This document shows positions 18,987-28,900 of a stretch of DNA of 64,000 bases, one piece after another. The translations under genes were made by a program, and so were the position numbers. This DNA comes from Candidatus Obscuribacteraceae bacterium. Lineage in GTDB: Bacteria; Cyanobacteriota; Vampirovibrionia; Obscuribacterales; Obscuribacteraceae. Within the stretch, counting starts at the first letter, position 1; each line of letters starts with the position of its first letter. The notes below the pieces were generated by a model. The model searched no databases and was not told where the DNA came from. It worked only from the letters and a program-made list of their open reading frames with translations. Location: positions 192,001 to 256,000 of the forward strand of contig JBGAHS010000005.1 in the NCBI GenBank assembly GCA_044226015.1. The letters run 5' to 3'.

Positions 18987-19799
18987 CTAGCTAACTTTCA
19001 ATTCGGGCAGCTTGGCACTAAGTTTGATCACAAGAGTTTCTGAGACTTTCGCATCGCTCTCCGCAATCACAACCTCGCTGTGCTCAATTTTGAGTAACTC
19101 TGGCCATCGGTGACGCAGTGTGTCTATGAAAAGTGCGAGGCGATCACCCATGTCTCCCAGTCCTGTGCGAAGCTTCAACACTTCATTATGCAGTCTGTCA
19201 CTTAGACCTCTGGCAACAAGGTGATCATCATTTGATTGTCTTTCAAAAAACTCACTTGTCTGAATTGGCTTTCCTAGCGCAATTTGAGCAACTTCGCCAT
19301 CTTCCGCATAGTGTATTGCGGCAGGAATTATTGGTAGGTCTATGCCTTGTTCTGCCGCAGCTAGAGCTATTCTTGCGGCACCAAGCTTGAAAGGATGTGT
19401 TACACCATCGCGGAAAATGTTTCCTTCTGGAAATACCACCATGCCCTGTCCACGCTTGAACATATCGAGAGAGTACTTTATGAAGTCGACTCTTGGATCA
19501 GCAGGAAAAGAGCCCATTGAAGCAAGAACAGCGCCTTGCGATCCCTTCAATTCGTTAGGAGAAACCATAAAGTTTGCTGGTCTACCAATCAAATCATAGA
19601 CAATCAAACCATCCCAACGTGTGATGTGATTTGAAACGAGAAGAAACGGTCCACTTTTTGGAAGATTTTGTCTGCCGATGACCTGGAAATCTCTAAAGCG
19701 AAATGCAATACAAATTTTGTTGACCAGGCTCCAGAACAAATAAACCAATATGTTCTTGCGATCTCTTAGTTCCTTCTTTTTTCTTTTTTGTGCGTTCAT
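18987..19799 (-). CDS. 1-acyl-glycerol-3-phosphate (lysophospholipid) acyltransferase, PlsC family
   Basis: NHITRWD (HX4D) and VFPEG motifs. Confidence 0.88.
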   Translation of the reverse strand: MNAQKRKKKELRDRKNILVYLFWSLVNKICIAFRFRDFQVIGRQNLPKSGPFLLVSNHITRWDGLIVYDLIGRPANFMVSPNELKGSQGAVLASMGSFPADPRVDFIKYSLDMFKRGQGMVVFPEGNIFRDGVTHPFKLGAARIALAAAEQGIDLPIIPAAIHYAEDGEVAQIALGKPIQTSEFFERQSNDDHLVARGLSDRLHNEVLKLRTGLGDMGDRLALFIDTLRHRWPELLKIEHSEVVIAESDAKVSETLVIKLSAKLPELKVS

Positions 19800-19878
19800 G
19801 ACAGTCCTACTTCCTTACTTAGCATTTAGTGCCATGACTTTAAGATAGAACCTCTCACTGCCTTGTGGTCAGCTGATG

Positions 19879-19921
19879 GAACAGTTCAGAGACTGTGGTG
19901 CAGAACAGTTCAGAAACTGTT
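19879..19921. promoter_or_regulatory. Tandem palindromic operator-like repeat
   Basis: GAACAGTTCAGAGACTGT and GAACAGTTCAGAAACTGT with a 24-bp period; each contains ACAGT-N6-ACTGT. Confidence 0.55.
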
Positions 19922-19982
19922 CGCGCCAGAGTTTTAATTTGGATCGTACTGCTGCCAGCAAAGTCCTTACGCTAGCGCGTTT

Positions 19983-20552
19983 TCAGCGCAAGTTGCGAAC
20001 GCGTTTTGCCATGAAAATGTCTGGCTTTCCCAAGCCATTCGCATCAGGTAGAACTCCGCAGAGCGAAAATCCCATCTTCTGATAAAACTCGAAGGGATGA
20101 TTGCGCACATTCCTTATTTCTTTCAGTGCCGCGAGGGGGTCAGGGTAGAGTTCCTTATCAAAGAGGCTCGTTGTGCCTGTCTCATCGTCAGATGCTAACC
20201 ATAAGGTCATTGCTCCTGTGTCTGCAACCCGACGCTCGAGTTCCTTCATCAAAGCGGCTCCTACTCCCATTTTTCTGTGGTCTGGATGTACCACCAGAGG
20301 ATGAATCTCGTAAGTGTTTCCGTTGTATTGTCTGAATGCTGCTATCCATCCGACCGGCTTGCCGCCTAGTACTGCGATGATGGAAATTCGACCTGCCGCA
20401 AAGGACTCTTCTACTTCTTCCATTGCTGAATTCAGGTTTGGCCATGACTGCGGAGACATGTCTGAAAAGCCAGCTATCAGCATCTGCGCAACAGCCATTT
20501 TGATGCTCAATTCTTCTGTTTCCAGATTTCTAATCTCAATTTTTGCTTGCAT
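19983..20552 (-). CDS. GNAT acetyltransferase resembling aminoglycoside 6'-N-acetyltransferase AAC(6')-I
   Basis: YEIHPLVVHPDHRKMGVG, LASDDETGTTSL, NHPFEFYQKMGF, PDANGLGKPDIFMAK, as in the AAC(6')-Ia/Ii type. Confidence 0.75.
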   Translation of the reverse strand: MQAKIEIRNLETEELSIKMAVAQMLIAGFSDMSPQSWPNLNSAMEEVEESFAAGRISIIAVLGGKPVGWIAAFRQYNGNTYEIHPLVVHPDHRKMGVGAALMKELERRVADTGAMTLWLASDDETGTTSLFDKELYPDPLAALKEIRNVRNHPFEFYQKMGFSLCGVLPDANGLGKPDIFMAKRVRNLR

Positions 20553-20638
20553 TTGTTTGGCTCTTTAGAACGTCGCTACTGTTAGATCTGTTTAAGCTCT
20601 ATCAAATGAGCTTCTTGGCAAGATCTTTTCTCTGTCTC

Positions 20639-20676
20639 TAAAAAGAACTTCCCTCCAAAGGTGAGCGGGAGGGAAG
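20639..20676 (-). terminator. Intrinsic terminator
   Basis: CTTCCCTCC (20648-20656)/GGAGGGAAG (20668-20676) stem followed by UUCUUUUU on the minus strand. Confidence 0.65.
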
Positions 20677-20806
20677 GACTCTTGTGGTGGATTAGGTAAG
20701 GAGGAAACATGACATTCAGACTATTAGGGACTAAATGCATGTGAAATTATGATATCAGCGTGGAAACTGGTCAGCTGTAAAAAACTTTGAAGGTCCGACA
20801 GGTAGC

Positions 20807-20886
20807 TGACAACCGCCCGGCAATTGCCAGGCAACTACCCGACAACTGGCGATTGCCTGTAACTACTGGCGATTGCTGCAGCTGTC
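20807..20886. repeat. Degenerate short repeat tract
   Basis: GGCAATTGCC, ACTGGCGATTGC twice (20845, 20865), and repeated CAAC/AACTAC. Confidence 0.5.
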
Positions 20887-20931
20887 CAACAATAGCCAAG
20901 TATCCGCGTACCTGGAGACTCAGCACGTCTT

Positions 20932-22197
20932 TCAAAGCAATTTTTCGAGATCTCGACTCATTTCTCTGGTGTTTTGATAGCGCTGCGCAGGCTGCTTTTG
21001 CAGGCACTTCAACACGATTTGATCGATCAGCGAATCTTTTGCGATGTCTGCTCTTTTCTCTGAAGGAGCTTTGGGGACGCCAATTAGATGTTGTGCCACT
21101 AAGCCTTCTACTGTTCTAGCTTTTAATGGAAGGTCGGCGGTAAGAATTTCGAAAAGTACAATTCCGAGAGCGTAGATGTCAGCTCTTCCATCTATTGGCT
21201 CGTCCTTCAGCTGCTCTGGAGATATGTATTCCATAGTACCGATTACGGTGCCGGTCTTTGTCATTCGTTCTTTGGCGCTAATGAGGCGAGCTATACCGAA
21301 GTCGACAATTTTTACGGTGTCGATCTTATGACTTCTGTCCTGTACAACAATGTTATCTGGTTTCAAATCTCGATGCACGACGCCTGCTTCATGAGCTTCG
21401 AGCAAACCCGAACAAATTTGTGTCATTATTGCTGCCGCTGCTTTAACTGGGGCTGGTCCGCGATCATCAATTAGATTACGAAGAGACTCACCTTTTACGT
21501 GCTCCATCACCATATACGGTATGACACCATCCAGAGTGCCTGAATCAAATATTGTGACAACGTTTGGATGTCTAACCCGAGCTATTAATCTACATTCTTG
21601 ATCAAAACGGTTAATGTGTTCTTTGTCGGTTTTTAACGAGTCATGCATTATTTTCACTACGACTGTGCGCTCCATCGTAATGTCGAAGGCTCGCCAAACC
21701 AGAGCCATGCCGCCCGCACCAATTTGTTCTTCCAGTCGGTAGCGATCATTTATCAGTAACCCAGTTGATAATGAGCCCTCATGGAAGGCTTTTTCGATTG
21801 CCTTTGCAGTGTAATTATTTGCTCGTCGCAGGCACGTTTTCATGCGAGCGTGGAGATCACGCACCTGAAAAGGTTTAGTTATGTAGTCGTCAGCCCCGCA
21901 GTCAAAGCCAATCTCCTGGTCATCTAAATCAGTGTGTCCGGTGACCATAATGATTGGAGCCAGACCACCTTGTTCGCGGTATTCTCGACAAAGTTCGATG
22001 CCGCTGGCACCACCCGGCAAGTCCCAATCGATGATCAACAAATCGAAATGCCGTGTGTATAACACTTTTCTTGCTGATTCGGCAGAGTTGTGCGAACTAA
22101 CCTTAAAGCCTTTAGAAATCAGGAAATCTTGTAAGACTGTGATGAGACTCTGGTCGTCATCTACAAGCAGAACGGCGTAGGTTTTATCCTGGTTCAA
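20932..22197 (-). CDS. Response-regulator receiver domain fused to a Hanks-type Ser/Thr protein kinase
   Basis: LVDDD, IIDWDLP, TKPF (REC); GAGGMALV, VVKIM, HRDLKPDN, DFG, YISPE (kinase). Confidence 0.92.
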   Translation of the reverse strand: MNQDKTYAVLLVDDDQSLITVLQDFLISKGFKVSSHNSAESARKVLYTRHFDLLIIDWDLPGGASGIELCREYREQGGLAPIIMVTGHTDLDDQEIGFDCGADDYITKPFQVRDLHARMKTCLRRANNYTAKAIEKAFHEGSLSTGLLINDRYRLEEQIGAGGMALVWRAFDITMERTVVVKIMHDSLKTDKEHINRFDQECRLIARVRHPNVVTIFDSGTLDGVIPYMVMEHVKGESLRNLIDDRGPAPVKAAAAIMTQICSGLLEAHEAGVVHRDLKPDNIVVQDRSHKIDTVKIVDFGIARLISAKERMTKTGTVIGTMEYISPEQLKDEPIDGRADIYALGIVLFEILTADLPLKARTVEGLVAQHLIGVPKAPSEKRADIAKDSLIDQIVLKCLQKQPAQRYQNTREMSRDLEKLL

Positions 22198-22232
22198 TGT
22201 GATTGCCTCAGAAAAGGCATTTTAAAATGCGA

Positions 22233-22269
22233 ATGGTGCACGGAATAGCTCCTGTATCCCGTGCACCAT
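22233..22269. terminator. Hairpin downstream of sepF (likely terminator)
   Basis: ATGGTGCACGG ... CCGTGCACCAT, 11-bp perfect inverted repeat. Confidence 0.5.
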
Positions 22270-22285
22270 AAACTTAGTGAACTTG

Positions 22286-22846
22286 TTATTGTCTTGCCCA
22301 GAATGGCGTGGAGAAACCGTTTGAAGCTGTTGGATTCGCTTGTGATATTTCTGGGAAAAGAGTGTCGAGCGAGAAGCTGCTGCCATTGCTGGTATTAGCT
22401 AAGGCTCTGGTCAGGCTACCCGTGGCACTAGCACTGGTGCTTGCCGGTTTGCTTGAATTGACAATCCTTATGTTTGCTGGACAAAAGACATAAACATTCT
22501 CAGTCATTTTGTGGAAGTCGCCATCAAGAGCAGCTGAGGCTCCTGCAACGAAGTCAACAAGCCGGTTAGAATCGGTTTTCTTCAATTTGTCGAGCGAAAT
22601 AGTGGTAGCGTTACGCGCTCTGAGAGCTTCCACCACATCTAGTGCTTCTTCAAATGAAACTGGTGCGAACATCGATATCTGAGTAGCCAGTCTTCCGCCA
22701 CTACTGGCGGAGACAGATGGTGCTGTCAAATTGCGCTCAGCAATCGGCGGAAATAGATCGACCTCTTTTTTGGGAGGACGATTACTTGCAGGAGTTGACG
22801 GCTTTTCAGCCTTTTCCTGACTCGGTTCCTTCGGTTCTTGAGACAT
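22286..22846 (-). CDS. sepF: Cell division protein SepF
   Basis: PVSFEEA..VEALR..RLVDFVAGASAALDG..YVFCPANIRI. Start could be slightly upstream (GTG or TTG). Confidence 0.85.
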   Translation of the reverse strand: MSQEPKEPSQEKAEKPSTPASNRPPKKEVDLFPPIAERNLTAPSVSASSGGRLATQISMFAPVSFEEALDVVEALRARNATTISLDKLKKTDSNRLVDFVAGASAALDGDFHKMTENVYVFCPANIRIVNSSKPASTSASATGSLTRALANTSNGSSFSLDTLFPEISQANPTASNGFSTPFWARQ

Positions 22847-22954
22847 AAGTTGTTCCTTGCGCTTTCCAAACACGACCAATCTCTCCTCATTATCCTTTTT
22901 TAGGATCAATTGGCAAGGGCCAATTCGAATTAATAGTAAGATGGCAGCAATATA

Positions 22955-23698
22955 TCACAAAAGATCACTAAACAGGTAGTCCGCAAGTGCCTCAGCCATG
23001 ATTAGATCTAACGGATGGGTCAATTTCAGATTATGAGTCGGACCTTGCACTATATGCACCTCATGTCCGGCCCATTCCAAAAGTGCGACATCATCGGTAG
23101 TACTATAGCCCGAAAGGACTGCTTCTTGATGAGCCCCGAAGAGAAGGTTAAATCGTGCTACTTGGGGCGTTTGAACAGCCACTAACTCATCTCGTTTAAG
23201 AGTTTCGACAATACGGCTGCCGTCGACTCGCTTTATTGTATCGGACACAGCACTACCTACGGTGCATGCTGATAGTTCAATTGCTTTGCGTGTTACAAGA
23301 TCAATCGTTTGTAGATCTAAAAATGGACGAGCTGCATCATGAACCATAACGTATTCTGGCGGTGTCTGCGATTGGCTTAGCTCTTTTAAGCCTTTGAAGA
23401 CCGACTCCTGGCGAGTTTTGCCTCCGCTTATAACCGTGACTTCTTGACGAATATTGAACCGTGCTGTGTAGAGACCTATTTCCGCTGTTATTTCAGGCAC
23501 CATATCTGAAGGTGCACAAATTACTATCCTAGATACCAAATGGTGACTTGCAAATGCCTTTATGCTCCACACGTAAAGAGGCAAGCCTCTCAATGTCAGA
23601 AACTGCTTTGGCTTTTGCTCAGAATTTGGTTTTGCAAATCTCGAACCAGAGCCGCCTGCTGCGATGACTACAGCAAAATCTGCTCCGGAATTATGCAT
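22955..23698 (-). CDS. ispD: 2-C-methyl-D-erythritol 4-phosphate cytidylyltransferase
   Basis: AAGGSGSRF, PKQF, GGKTRQESV, VHDAARP, VQTPQ, TDD, NLKLT. Confidence 0.95.
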   Translation of the reverse strand: MHNSGADFAVVIAAGGSGSRFAKPNSEQKPKQFLTLRGLPLYVWSIKAFASHHLVSRIVICAPSDMVPEITAEIGLYTARFNIRQEVTVISGGKTRQESVFKGLKELSQSQTPPEYVMVHDAARPFLDLQTIDLVTRKAIELSACTVGSAVSDTIKRVDGSRIVETLKRDELVAVQTPQVARFNLLFGAHQEAVLSGYSTTDDVALLEWAGHEVHIVQGPTHNLKLTHPLDLIMAEALADYLFSDLL

Positions 23699-23699
23699 T

Positions 23700-24494
23700 T
23701 TAGCTCAAGGTTTCTGGTGTGCTAAGTTCAACTGCAGATGCAGTGTTCATTGCAACAGCCTCAGCTTCAATATTTGTACTTTCAGTTTCCACGGCAACGT
23801 CTTCTGTCAGAGCTGAAAGAACCGATGAAATGTTCTCTGTGGCTGCAACCATGTCGCTTGTGGCATCCGAACCGTTTTCAGCTCGCACCATTTCAGGCTG
23901 AATCGCATCAGTGCTTTCACCCGGCTCGAAGGACATATCATTGATGTCGCCATCAGGGTTAGTGCTTCCATCGGGGTTGACAAGATCAGTCTTGTCCTTC
24001 TTTTTCATTTCGCGCTTCAAGTAGCTTCGAAGAGACTTGCCATCTTTTGTTAATCGGAAGTATTCCTGGAACTGCTTGGTTGTGCTCAAGAGCGGCGAGC
24101 GATTTTTTTCGTCTTCTCGTTTAGTTACCAATCCGCGAAGAACCAGCTCTTTAATGTGGTCATAAGCGCCAGCGCCCCGAATACGAATGATTTCAGATTG
24201 AGGTATAGGTTGCTTTATCGCAATTGCAGAAAGTGTTCTTAATTGAGCCGCACTCATTTCAATCGGCAGGAACTCGTCCATAAGATTAGCGAACTGATCA
24301 CGAACCTGGAATGAATAGCCGTCTTCGTCAGCTATCTCCAGCCCACCCTGACGTTCTTCATACTCATGGATGAGTTCTAAGATGGCCGCACGCACAATCT
24401 GAACTTCTTCACCGACAATACCGGCGATCGCCTGCGCTCGCAGAGGTTTGTCTGTGAGGTAGAGAACTGCTTCGATTTTTGCTTTCAGTGACAT
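23700..24494 (-). CDS. scpB: SMC-Scp complex subunit ScpB
   Basis: KIEAVLY, LRTLSAIAIKQPI, IRG, TTKQFQEYF; acidic tail; adjacent to scpA and smc. Confidence 0.92.
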   Translation of the reverse strand: MSLKAKIEAVLYLTDKPLRAQAIAGIVGEEVQIVRAAILELIHEYEERQGGLEIADEDGYSFQVRDQFANLMDEFLPIEMSAAQLRTLSAIAIKQPIPQSEIIRIRGAGAYDHIKELVLRGLVTKREDEKNRSPLLSTTKQFQEYFRLTKDGKSLRSYLKREMKKKDKTDLVNPDGSTNPDGDINDMSFEPGESTDAIQPEMVRAENGSDATSDMVAATENISSVLSALTEDVAVETESTNIEAEAVAMNTASAVELSTPETLS

Positions 24495-24507
24495 GAGTTC
24501 AAGACTC

Positions 24508-25989
24508 CTATTGATCGATATCTGTTGTATCTGCTAAAGCTGTATCTGCAGGCTCAACCGATGCTTCGGGCATCAAAGATCCATTATCCACTGAATTCGA
24601 ATTTCTTGCTTCAAAATTATTTGAATCATTTTTAGGATTTGAGTCTTCGTTTGAAGCTTCTTCGCTGCTAGCTGAGGCTGACTTAGTCTTTTTCTTGATT
24701 ATTGATTTAGGCCGACGTGTAGTTTTTGCCGCAGCAGCACTTCTATTTGCAGGTTTAGATTTAGCCTTCTCTTTTGCTTTTCTAATATCGATAACATTGC
24801 TGTTGTCGATTTCTTCATCGCTTTCCTTTGGAAATAGCTTATTCGGGTCGAATTCAGCATGAATTGAAGCGATTGAGCCCGCGCTGCCATCAGTGCCGGT
24901 GGCAGTCAATTCCTGCGTTGCATCACTTCGGGTAAGGTAAAGCGGTCCGTAGAATACTTCTTGTTCCAAGGTAATTTTTCCAGCATTTGACAAGAAGAGG
25001 ACTGCAAGAAAGGCGTCTACCCAGTCTCCTCGTCCGCCCATTTGACCGAGCAGTTCTTTCAGAGAGATTCGCAACATGCTGGTCATTATCTTGACCAATA
25101 ATTGTTCAATGCGAACAATAACGTCCTCGATATCTTCGTCGTGTGCAAGGTCGAGAATGTCTGCCATGTCTTCCATGGCATGATAACCATCCATAGCAAT
25201 GATGGCATCGTGCTCAGGCTCGCGCTGTTTTCGTTCTTGTCTTTTCTTATCGATTCGTTCAGCTTCACGCAAAGATTCAATAAGTTGTTCAAGTGTAACT
25301 CTGCGTTGGCGTGATTGCTTTTGTTGTCTGGAACGTCGCACCAGCGCACGTTGCAAATCAGCTAACGTAATCTGTCTACCTACAGCCTCATCATTTGAGT
25401 CATAAATTATGGGACTGCCTTCCATGTCGAAGTCCATAAAGTCGTCAGTGACAGCATCAAGGTCTTCGATTCTAGTAATTAGAAGCGCTTCTGCTTTCAG
25501 GCGTAACAGAACTGAAGCGTGGAAGATAATCTTGCCGCTCTGTCTCAGGTTTTCTCGTGGTGCCGCCGCTACAGCTTTGAGGAATCGGTCTGTAGCATCG
25601 ATGATATCGATGTTTTTCGGATCAAGATCCCCTTTCTGTGCCATTTGCACGAGAATTTCGATACCACCAGAATCTTTTTCTTGCAATAACGAACTGTAAT
25701 CAGGCTCGTTACTGGGTTCAGGCTTTTTATCACCGACAACTTTCAAATCTGCAAGTTGCGATTCGAGTTCAAGCGGTGTAGGTAAAGAAAGCTGAGCACC
25801 CCTGGTTGGAACTGGTCCAATAGGATCAATATTCAGACTTGGTGGCGCTGGTATCTCTGTAGACTTCTGTGCAGCTGAGCTAGCATTAGTTTTGTCGGTG
25901 CTTGAATTATCCGGCAATTGCGGCGGCTTAATATCGAGCGGAATGGTCATTTGCTCGAGAATAAGTTCGTCGTCTGGAAAATCAGGCAT
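24508..25989 (-). CDS. scpA: Segregation/condensation protein ScpA (kleisin) with long disordered termini
   Basis: ILVQMAQKGDLDPKNIDII, ASVLLRLKAE, FLAVLFL..GKITLEQEVFYGPL. Confidence 0.88.
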   Translation of the reverse strand: MPDFPDDELILEQMTIPLDIKPPQLPDNSSTDKTNASSAAQKSTEIPAPPSLNIDPIGPVPTRGAQLSLPTPLELESQLADLKVVGDKKPEPSNEPDYSSLLQEKDSGGIEILVQMAQKGDLDPKNIDIIDATDRFLKAVAAAPRENLRQSGKIIFHASVLLRLKAEALLITRIEDLDAVTDDFMDFDMEGSPIIYDSNDEAVGRQITLADLQRALVRRSRQQKQSRQRRVTLEQLIESLREAERIDKKRQERKQREPEHDAIIAMDGYHAMEDMADILDLAHDEDIEDVIVRIEQLLVKIMTSMLRISLKELLGQMGGRGDWVDAFLAVLFLSNAGKITLEQEVFYGPLYLTRSDATQELTATGTDGSAGSIASIHAEFDPNKLFPKESDEEIDNSNVIDIRKAKEKAKSKPANRSAAAAKTTRRPKSIIKKKTKSASASSEEASNEDSNPKNDSNNFEARNSNSVDNGSLMPEASVEPADTALADTTDIDQ

Positions 25990-28900
25990 TTACTAATTGC
26001 TCCTCATCAGGAATACGCACATCAGCAATTCCCACTGTCTTCGAAAAACCATCGGCACGCAGTGAAACACCGATAGCGTGGTCGGAATTTTCAATCATTG
26101 GTCGGCGCAAGCTCACAACAACAAATTGCGCCTGTTTAGATTGACGTTTAACCATTCGAGCAAGGCGGTCTGCGTTGGCACCATCTAACATCATGTCGAC
26201 TTCATCGAATGCATAGAACGGTGCTGGAGCAAATCGCTGGAACGCAAACACAAACGAAAGGGCAGTGAGAGATTTCTCTCCTCCAGACAGGGCTTCGATG
26301 CGTTGCATCTTCTTGTCTCTTGGCTGTGCTCTGATTACCAGACCTCCAGCAAATGGATCTTCCGGATTTTCAAGCTCAAGCTTTCCACTTCCGTGGGAGA
26401 GCTCGGCAAAAATTTCGCGGAAATTAGCGTCGATGGCAGTGAAGGCTTCCATAAAGGTATTTTTCTTCAGTTCGCCATAACCACCAATGCGCTGATTGAT
26501 TTCATCACGTTCCTGACTGAGCGTTTCAAGATAGTCAGTTAGCTCTTCCTGCCTTGTCCGTGTCTGGTTATATTCTTCAAGAGCCTTCATATTTACTGGC
26601 TCAAGAGCTCGCATTCTTCTATCGAGTCTGTCGATTTGATTCTTCAATTGCTCGATGGTAGAAGCAGATGGTGGTTTGAAATCAGGTGTTTCAACCAGAA
26701 TGTGCTCAAGTTCAGCTCTAGCTGCAGCAAGTTGAATCTTCAACTCATGCAACTGTAGTTTGTGCTTGTTGCGTTCTTCATCCAGGAATTTGAGTTGTTC
26801 GCTGGTTCTGGTCTTCGCAATTTCAATTTCTGTGATTTCGTTCTGAACCTTTTCCTTAGCCTGATGCAATTGCATAAGCTCTTTGGAGATTTCTGCTGAC
26901 TTTCTCTCGAGTTCTTTGATATCAGCGGTTAGCTGCTTGATAGATTCTTCGTACTGAGGCTTATCTGCTGAGAGTGTGGTCAATTCTTTTTGAACCAGAT
27001 CAAGCTGATCTGCCAGGCTCACTTTGTTCGATTGTTCGACTCTTTCCTCGGTTTCGATTCTGTCGAGCATTCGTTCACTGTCTTTGGCACCGCGCTCGAT
27101 GGCATCGATTTCTTGCTTAAGCTCTTCGGACTCTCCTATGAGTCTGTCCAGCTCCGAGCGTTTACCACCGGCCGTGATATCAGCAAGCTCATCTTGCAGT
27201 TTGTCTATTTGCTTAGACAAACCATTGATTTTGCCGTCAATTCCACTGAGTTCGGTTTCAACGCTTTCGATTTCGTCGCCCATACTGCGCAAGCGAGGTT
27301 TAAGCGTATTGACGAGTTCTTCACATTGAGCAAGCTCTTCTTTCCGCTTATCTAATTCTGATTGGCGCTGAGCAACTGAGGTCGCTGCCTGATTTTGTTT
27401 CTGTCTATCTTGAGAGAGAGATTGATTCAATTCTTTGATGGAATCAGCCAACCAGCGCATATCGTCTGCTAGCTGCTTTGCTTTGGTCTTCAAAGAACCG
27501 AGGTCATTTGACTCTTTCTGGTTGAATTTCAATCTTGGACGATTCGAAATACCACCGCTGATTGTGCCGTGTTTTTCGAGCAATTCGCCTTCCAGCGTCA
27601 CCATTCTTGCGGTGTTGAGCATCTTTCTGGCAGAGTCAAGATTGTCAACGACTACAGTTTGACCGCAAGCATATTGAAATGCGCGTGTGTAGGCAGGGTT
27701 GAAATTGACCAGATTGTATGCAAAATCGATGACCCCGGGTCTGTTAGGCAACAAACCTGGCGGTTGGGACATTATCTTGTTTAATGGGACGAACGTTGCA
27801 CGACCTGCTTTCTGCTCTTTCAAAAGCTGAATGCATCTTTCAGCGACACGGTCGTCTTCCACAACTATGTCTGCAAGTCTTCCCCCGATAGCTATTTCAA
27901 GCGCAAGTTCATACTGCTCATCGACTTTTCCAAGCTGTCCTATGGTGCCGCAAACACCAGGAATGTTTGCATTCAAAACAGCTTCAACTGCTCGACCATA
28001 ACCACTTTCGCCTACCACATCACGGGTTGTTTCCAACTCGATAAGTCTGCGGTTGATCTGCTCAAGCTCCTTACGTTTTTGCTCGATTTCGTCTTGAGTG
28101 CTTTCGATTTCGTTTTCAGCCTGCCTGATGTTTCGGGTGATACCGAATGAACTAGCTTGTTCGTCCTGGAGTTTTCTTTCCAGACCTATAAGCATGTTTT
28201 TCAAAGCAGCGGATTTGCCAATTGACTCTGTTGCAGAATCTCTTGCGACCACCAATTCCTTTTCGAGTTGTTCTTTGCGGGTCTTCAGTTCAGTTTTGCG
28301 AACTTCTAGCTGGTGTCGCTCGTCTCTCAGCCTCTGAAGGTCTTCATGCAGTGACATACCTTTAGTTGAGGTTTTGTCGCGCTCTTTGCGGGCAATTTCA
28401 AGTTCAGCAAGAACGGCACTATGTGCACCTTGCTTCTCCATGAGAACAAGCTGCACAGCTTTGAGGTCAGCGTCATGCTGTTTTTTCTCTCCAGCGAGTT
28501 CGTTCAAGCGTCTTTCGATAGCTTTTATTTGAGCCGCCAGACTCTTCTGAGACTTCGTTTTCTCGCTTATTACGCCGGCGAGATTTGACAAACGCGTTTC
28601 TTCGCGAATCAAATCCCCTCGTTTATTTTCTAATTCCTGTCGCAACAAGAGCTGTTCATTGCCGCCCTTTTCCTTGATTTCGTCATCTAGTCTGGCCATC
28701 TCAACTCGATGTGCCAGCAAAGTAAGCTCTGCTTCGTCTCTCTGAGCGATGAGCTTTTCTTCTTTCTCGTTAAGTTCAAGAATGAGGTTCATAACCTCAT
28801 CATTCTTCGTCTCGAGATCTTTCACACGTACATATATAAGATCGCGCTCAAGCTTGTCCTTTTGAGACTTGAGATCAAGATATTTCAAAGCCTGATCACG

